Positions 60,001 to 64,000 of a DNA stretch of 64,000 nt are shown one piece after another. Every line of letters begins with the position of its first letter. The stretch's first letter is position 1. The position numbers and the translations under genes were made by a program. The notes under the pieces are model-generated. The model was not told the origin of the DNA. It saw nothing but the letters and a program-made list of their open reading frames with translations, and ran no database searches. The stretch is from a virus, in the IMG/VR virus record IMGVR_UViG_3300013372_001471, positions 1 to 64,000 of that record, one strand, 5' to 3'.

Positions 60001-61217
60001 TCTAAATTTAATTGACTTCTATCGGTATCATGGATTGTTGTTCCTGAATATCTAATTGGACTCTTATCATCGGTCTCTATCATTTTTTCAAGTTCCGATG
60101 TTCCAATAAATTTTATTGGTGTGCCGTCTATATTAAATTCACTACCATCGTTAGTGTGGATAGTTCCTTGATTAAGTCTTAACACAGTAACATCTGGATT
60201 TACAACAAGACCTTCCTTTATAGTATCTGTTATTATATTTGGCGATTGTTCTTGTCTACTAAAACTCAACGGAGGAATTATAGGTTCTATTTCTGGTATT
60301 ATTATATTATCAACCGCATCATTTACATTCTTTGTTATTTCAACTGTATTTTCTGTTCTATCAAAAAACTGTGGTGGTCTTGTTATTTGAATCAATGGGT
60401 TTATTATATTACCAATAGGTGATAATATATCAGTATTGATTACAACTGCCTGGTCCGTTCTATCAAATGATTGTTGCGGAACGTTTATTACTGTTCCTGG
60501 ATTTGTTATATTATTGGATGCATCATTTATATTTCTTGATATATTTGGGGAACTATCTTCTCTCTCAAATGTTTGTGCAGGTCTATTGAGTTCAATATCA
60601 GATCTATTATTGTTTTGACCCGGTGTTGTTCTACTTACTTCAACTTCCGATTCACTTAATCTACTTTGAAATCTTGTTTGTGATATTTTTGAAAATTTAG
60701 ACTCTATTTGATCCAAACCAATTCCGGATGCAAGAGGTAGTCTTGAATCACTAACTGATGGCGATAATGCAGATACACTGTTTATCAATAAATTTTCAAC
60801 AGGAGTTTGAACTATATCGTCTAGTTTTGTAGATGAAAGTCTATCTTGAAGTTCGACTCTTTTATCTGATGGTATAACTATATCATCAAATTTTGATGAT
60901 TCCAATTTACCAACCAAATCAACTTTGTTTGGTTTTTTTGTATTATCTAATTCTGTTGTGCCTAATTTTTTAGTAACATCACTTGGTTTTGGTTTTTTTA
61001 TTTCATCGAGTTTTGTTTTTCCCAATTGACTTGTTAAGTTTACAACTTTTGGTTTTTTTATATTAGGAACTTCTTTGTATAAACTATCTGTAATTGGTTG
61101 GTTAGTTGCAAAATTTTTGTCACTAGTAGCAGATGATGCTTCTGGAGAACTCTTGCCCTCTTTTGAAACCTCTGACCTGTATTTAGCCAAATCCGATTTT
61201 AAGTCTACTAATGCCAT
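54048..61217 (-). CDS. 2389-aa tail protein with repeat array and C-terminal tube-initiator-like domain
   Basis: C-terminal FRA...I.D...W....GR....Y....R..SF.F, P...L.IG; follows the tape measure. Confidence 0.65.
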   Translation of the reverse strand: MALVDLKSDLAKYRSEVSKEGKSSPEASSATSDKNFATNQPITDSLYKEVPNIKKPKVVNLTSQLGKTKLDEIKKPKPSDVTKKLGTTELDNTKKPNKVDLVGKLESSKFDDIVIPSDKRVELQDRLSSTKLDDIVQTPVENLLINSVSALSPSVSDSRLPLASGIGLDQIESKFSKISQTRFQSRLSESEVEVSRTTPGQNNNRSDIELNRPAQTFEREDSSPNISRNINDASNNITNPGTVINVPQQSFDRTDQAVVINTDILSPIGNIINPLIQITRPPQFFDRTENTVEITKNVNDAVDNIIIPEIEPIIPPLSFSRQEQSPNIITDTIKEGLVVNPDVTVLRLNQGTIHTNDGSEFNIDGTPIKFIGTSELEKMIETDDKSPIRYSGTTIHDTDRSQLNLDGITPTFPGGRYEKSINSLYSILGLQEVNFFSNQFAIGFNQRQQIGDSKYIGFSQFVWTGGSDDGPFTNAFADTNGRGFQTFVNPAESLYQPNSSQYDFTKITGVNYFDGNNNNTLGGFTIFAQPQITEYKTETSFLGWQGNRLGAPTVNYFDNIFLNTSDGFTKFALQGQSDYIPDSSIFDWDGNKQQSPTVNYFDQAGVNSNMGFHNFAGFMDSKYVQDSSTFVWVGNSTQNAPAVNYLDQFKQFTSTGFHVFAQKYDSKYLKNISEFIWDGNRQDAPAVNYFDLTAGKTTDGFTTFAQPYESLYVPDSSRFTWVGTRDDAPFVNYLDIPVKNATSGFDIFIPFLETKYINESSIHTWNANRQDAPVVNYFDIQNQYANSGFDKFHGLYDTRYVKDSSQFDFDGTKQNAPAVNYFDLLGRFTSVGFHTFPSFKESKYIKDSSEFDWNGLRNDAPAINYFDLQSTHTNAGFYTFAKEYESKYIKESSRFDWDGNRSAAPAVNYFDLPDKFTKTGFHILAQKYDSKYIKESSEFDWDGSRSDSPEVNFFDIRKRVTTAGFHRLAEIYDTKYVPEISIFDWNGSRDEAPQVNYFDLKGKFTTIGFHRLPELYDSKYVKDSSEFTFTGKFPKAGTDYFDKEKINQTGFTLNIQPKGKSKPTGTEYFHESSFYTFKGGRPGNPLESVIDFFANTNQSGFTMDIKRNEGLPPTEYVADSSRFDFDGSRPKPQSFFPDSNQTGFTLDIMAKGSSRPGTEYKTESSIFDFDGGRPAKQSFFPDDNQGGFTIDIMPKGAGNPDTEYINESSRFGFAGLRPTGINYFPDNNQSGFSIDIMRKGSGRPLTEYSTESSEFAWKGSRTGAPSNNYFGLYRTPTGKQYIDVQQKNNTTQAGRGFQTFYTDKTKTNYQSGYSIHSTESGPNKIKFGGLDTPVTNFFGFSPVKRDGFLPKMSTNDGTLYPIINPTLTYNLDDGGRLAVSNARASGGVTTVKGEEFAPLSLGKRPWTQPGTLASLENQVPNITINDSTHPYYVSSRTVLPKTAGAYNKKYERTMRDNRQINGSYLYGYSENGGQLNLQYRKFQLDTDSYNSSGFRQDPYVLRGIQIKDVVKNERWGNSRFPSGSVDFVSKGGYSDQFSDINALDVKRIDLWLKSPRGQKWETLQTQLYDNNPFVDTLNDWDNPGTLSSPTAKTRMYNSDSLLNAIRDNTLRGRAIRIRHGDKPSSNNLDDFDYYERVVKKMNPSADNQFGNKIDVMKFPRESSNGGTILSSAIQKTSNVYSVYKYNRLIALLSELIPSAFVPINSKLPAAISSAQKERGSKIYRLSGLGGPNSGTDPNGETIINRASHPFMIHYDTSGILPESYPSTAKRETWFGPKTKTGDSAEDEAGTNNTYSGRLEKQYRESSNTFDGLMTALSYLVSGSTLSGKESQEYPGGKTNPDNSAFIQPSAYKLIQQKDPFTPRPIAYIDRTRANIAGDTDIQSTMPIQLPDVLKQIPTGQTQADAPIKQYAAVAYGKLKKIPRGDANRSHDYNDFRHDIEWGDKKKTFSTDPAVIDYKTNNLEDKFGFGNPGKVGADRSKPFRSNIKYNGGKVVKKQGDGYEFRGDRINIIDFKKWRDPVKLMNDADVYELNDTEIPGKKDLITFYFTSTQLSGKGATGKAAEAIVFRAAFDSITDNHKPSWSPQMYMGRGDPIYLYGSYERDVSFGFTVHIGSRDEQAATWRKLNYLASWTAPDYSSGKFRSPICRLNIGHLFRKTPGFINSLSYTFDNVGGTWETGHLKEDKNYNNEEAKPGVLQLPKTIQVAVGFTVIGNYRPEWGGVMYSLYDDINGDGLMPAISSNDERINFFRTNDGDAKPPADEDPTREADLKPFEDIKDGDGLSDEDYKKMGYVKVPVKQKVRIEKPGGKDDEFEEKEETVYTWLPASQQESFEKNRARDEALDAADAEEQKKYAADTKAYEEAEAKRIADETAKKAAQDAAKQASNKNPP
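57405..59935 (-). repeat. About 19-20 tandem ~44-aa repeats
   Basis: AP.VNYFD.......GF..F....S.Y..DSS.F.W.G unit counted by eye. Confidence 0.9.
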
Positions 61218-61266
61218 TATTTACATATCCTGTTTAATTCAGTAATAAATATGAAAGTGTGTTGTT

Positions 61267-64000
61267 TTATTGTGCCTGACGACCAAATGTGTTTTGAACA
61301 TTATATGATTTCTTAATGTCTAATGTTGAACGTATTTCTTCAACAAACCTATCACCAAATTTAATAATTGTTGGTTGACCTGCAATACTACTGAACAACC
61401 CAATAAGTTGATCCAACTTACCTTCAACTCCACTCATGTTTACTCCACCAGCAGCAGGACCGGCTACACCACCACCAGCAGCGGCTCCCATAGCACTTGG
61501 TGATGCAGAAACAGATTGCATTCCAATCGGAGATACTGCAGTTGCTGCGGGGGTTGATATATTTGATTCTGCACCCTTCTTTCCTTCTTCTTCTTTTTCA
61601 CCACCACCAAAAATTGATGATATTCCGCCAACTATTGAATCCATTACTTTCGATGCCTTAGATTCAGTAGAAGTTTGATTTATTTTTTCAAAAACTTGTC
61701 CAAGTTTTTCAACATCCATACCAGCAATAGTATCTGCAAGAGTTTTAAGTGATGTTGAAATTTCCAACAAACTTTTAGCAACAGCAGAAAGTTTTTCAGG
61801 TTCTAATGATGCAATCAATTTTTGCATTGTTGATAGTGGACTTTCGCCTCCAAGAAGACTTCCAATCCCTTCCATGATTGCACCACCACCTAAACTTTGC
61901 ATTAAGTTACCTAGTGATTCTTTGAATTGATCAAGTTTTGTTGTATCTATTGTTTGTAGACTTGTTCCAATCATTGCCAGACCGGCAGATAACATAGTTA
62001 CACCCGCGGCAATTCCTAATAATCCTGATGGATCAACTTCTCTAACAAGTGTCATCAACATATCAAATGGACTATCACCACCAAATAAACTTCCCAAACC
62101 TTCTAATGCGGCACCTATACCACTACCACCACCAAATGCAGCGAGAGCACCAGCAAGTGCGGTTATACCACCTGCGATTCCAAATAATTGTCCTGGATCC
62201 ATTTCACCAAGAGCAAGTAATCTATCTATAAATCCATATATTGCCCCAGCAATCGCATTTATGACATCAACGATTGCACCACCAACTGTGCTAATTACTG
62301 TATTTAGTCCTTCAAAGAATGTTTGTAATAATGGTCCAACAGAACCAGCGGCGGCACCTATTACATAAAGTGCGGCGCCAAATATAAGAAGAGCACCGGA
62401 TAATACAGCCAATACTGCTGCACCAGCAAGGAATAACGGAGCAGCTGCACCTAATAATGCAGCAACTGCAACCAAACCAAGTAGTGCAACACCTGCTTTT
62501 GCCATATCTTCCCATTTTATTCCAACAAAGAATTGTAATGCAAGACCTATTACATAAAGAGCTGCACCTAATATCAACATAGCAGCTGCACCTATAATCA
62601 TTTCTTTACTTGCCTTACCCATCAAATACGCAATACCTGCAAGTCCGAGAAGAGCAACACCAGCTTTTGCCATTGCAGCCCAATCAACTTTCATAAATTC
62701 TTGAACTGCTTTAGCAGTTACATAAAGAGCTGCAGCAAGAATTAGTATAGCAGCTGCACCTTGCATCATTTTTTTAGTGTCCATTTTATTTACAGCATCA
62801 ACTATACCATCCATGAATCCACCACCCTTCTTTCCAGCCTTTGGCATTTTTGCCTTTTTTGAACCACCCATTCCACCTGCTTTATCTGCAACCATATCTT
62901 TCATTTTTGAACCAAACGCACCCGCCTTTTCAGTAACTTTTCCGAATGCTCCACCCAATTTACCAGTAACTCCACCCGCTAAACCTTTAATACCATCCAT
63001 TAGTGGACCCTTCACCATATCGAACAGACCCATTGCTCCTTTACCGGCTAATTTGAAACCAGCCGCTACACCACCTGGTCCAGCAACTTTAAGTGCCATT
63101 GCACCTATACCTGCAACTGATGGGTTTATGAATCCCATTAGTCCACCGACTGCTCCACCTGCATCCGCGAAACCACCAACTAATTTACTAACAAATTCTA
63201 TTATTTGTGGTAATCTTTTCATTAAAGTTTGAACCGCTTCCATCAATTTTGGAAGTGCCTCCTTTACACCAGCAGCAATAGCATCCATATCAATTTCATC
63301 TATCATTTTTTGGAAAACTGAAACACCTTCACCTCCATCTTCCAATCCACCAACTATTTCGAGAACTGCATCAATAACAGGAGCAAACTTTTGTTTCAAT
63401 TTTTCAACAGCATCAGCCATCGCTTCTTGTAAACTGGCGGAACGTTTTTCAGCTGCAAGTTTTTCTATGTATGCCTTTTGTTGATCATTTGCCGCACTCT
63501 TTGATGCCTCCGCAAGTTCTTTTGCATTCATCTTTGAAAGATTTTCAGCCATAGTGGCATCTATTTTTGCTTCTTTGAGTTTTTCAGCGTTAGTAAGCAT
63601 ATCTGTCATTTCTTCAACAGACATACCCATTGCCTTTGCCATTGCCTCCTGTTGAATAGCATTCATTCCTTGAAATTCCTCCAAAGAACCGGCTTGATTT
63701 AATAATTCTTCTTGAAGATTGTATATGTCACCTTCCATTGCATATCTTCTAGCGGCATCTAATTGTAAGTTTTTACCAGTCAATGCTTGTGCTTCCATTT
63801 CTGCAGTAAGAGATGATTCCAAATCAAGCATACCACGACCAATATCTTTAACTTTCTTAAGATCCATACCCAACATTTTTGCCTTCATAGCGGCAGCAGC
63901 AAGTTCTTTGGTTGAACCCTTAAATGCAACTGCAACTTCTTTTGGAACACTTGCAAGTGTTTTCATTGCTTCTTTAGCATTCATTACCCCTTTACCAACA
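61267..64000 (-). CDS. Tape measure protein (3' part; start lies outside the window)
   Basis: Long Ala/Gly-rich helical protein with repeated W..MAKAGVALLGL segments; frame open to the window edge. Confidence 0.8.
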   Translation of the reverse strand, partial: VGKGVMNAKEAMKTLASVPKEVAVAFKGSTKELAAAAMKAKMLGMDLKKVKDIGRGMLDLESSLTAEMEAQALTGKNLQLDAARRYAMEGDIYNLQEELLNQAGSLEEFQGMNAIQQEAMAKAMGMSVEEMTDMLTNAEKLKEAKIDATMAENLSKMNAKELAEASKSAANDQQKAYIEKLAAEKRSASLQEAMADAVEKLKQKFAPVIDAVLEIVGGLEDGGEGVSVFQKMIDEIDMDAIAAGVKEALPKLMEAVQTLMKRLPQIIEFVSKLVGGFADAGGAVGGLMGFINPSVAGIGAMALKVAGPGGVAAGFKLAGKGAMGLFDMVKGPLMDGIKGLAGGVTGKLGGAFGKVTEKAGAFGSKMKDMVADKAGGMGGSKKAKMPKAGKKGGGFMDGIVDAVNKMDTKKMMQGAAAILILAAALYVTAKAVQEFMKVDWAAMAKAGVALLGLAGIAYLMGKASKEMIIGAAAMLILGAALYVIGLALQFFVGIKWEDMAKAGVALLGLVAVAALLGAAAPLFLAGAAVLAVLSGALLIFGAALYVIGAAAGSVGPLLQTFFEGLNTVISTVGGAIVDVINAIAGAIYGFIDRLLALGEMDPGQLFGIAGGITALAGALAAFGGGSGIGAALEGLGSLFGGDSPFDMLMTLVREVDPSGLLGIAAGVTMLSAGLAMIGTSLQTIDTTKLDQFKESLGNLMQSLGGGAIMEGIGSLLGGESPLSTMQKLIASLEPEKLSAVAKSLLEISTSLKTLADTIAGMDVEKLGQVFEKINQTSTESKASKVMDSIVGGISSIFGGGEKEEEGKKGAESNISTPAATAVSPIGMQSVSASPSAMGAAAGGGVAGPAAGGVNMSGVEGKLDQLIGLFSSIAGQPTIIKFGDRFVEEIRSTLDIKKSYNVQNTFGRQAQ

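Noticed and set aside
268-63232. Plus-strand and nested ORFs in the track
   Set aside because: All overlap well-supported minus-strand genes and lack recognisable motifs; treated as shadow ORFs
1-64000. Stop-codon reassignment
   Set aside because: Core genes are full length in the standard code, and TAA, TGA and TAG all act as stops
1-64000. tRNA or other structured ncRNA genes
   Set aside because: Intergenic gaps are short and none showed a cloverleaf or known RNA motif by eye

Overview
This is a 64 kb, AT-rich, densely coding segment of a large T4-like (myovirus-type) phage genome, with every credible gene on the minus strand. In transcription order (right to left) it holds: a tail/baseplate block (partial tape measure, 2389-aa repeat protein, baseplate proteins); a reduced family-A polymerase; gp32-like SSB, RecA/UvsX, 5'-3' exonuclease and replicative helicase; an ATE/Bpt-like transferase; class II ribonucleotide reductase; a membrane protein, ADP-ribosyltransferase-like and nucleotidyltransferase genes bracketed by inverted repeats; Hsp20, thioredoxin, a PLP enzyme and dUTPase; a replisome block (PolB, clamp, clamp loader) interleaved with three amino-methyltransferase-like genes; Nmad1 and a Cas4-like nuclease; an RHH gene coupled to a T4 alpha-glucosyltransferase homologue that heads a ~14 kb glycosylation cluster; small phage genes; and a host-like secreted-protein operon with a T9SS sorting domain. 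TTTG-N19/20-TATATT(A/T)G promoters, the T9SS domain and an Hc1-like protein point to an FCB-group (Bacteroidota/Ignavibacteria-like) host. The best candidate new system is a sliding-clamp-tethered DNA modification line whose members share a short FF docking motif with the polymerase tail. All assignments come from motif recognition by eye; no searches were run.
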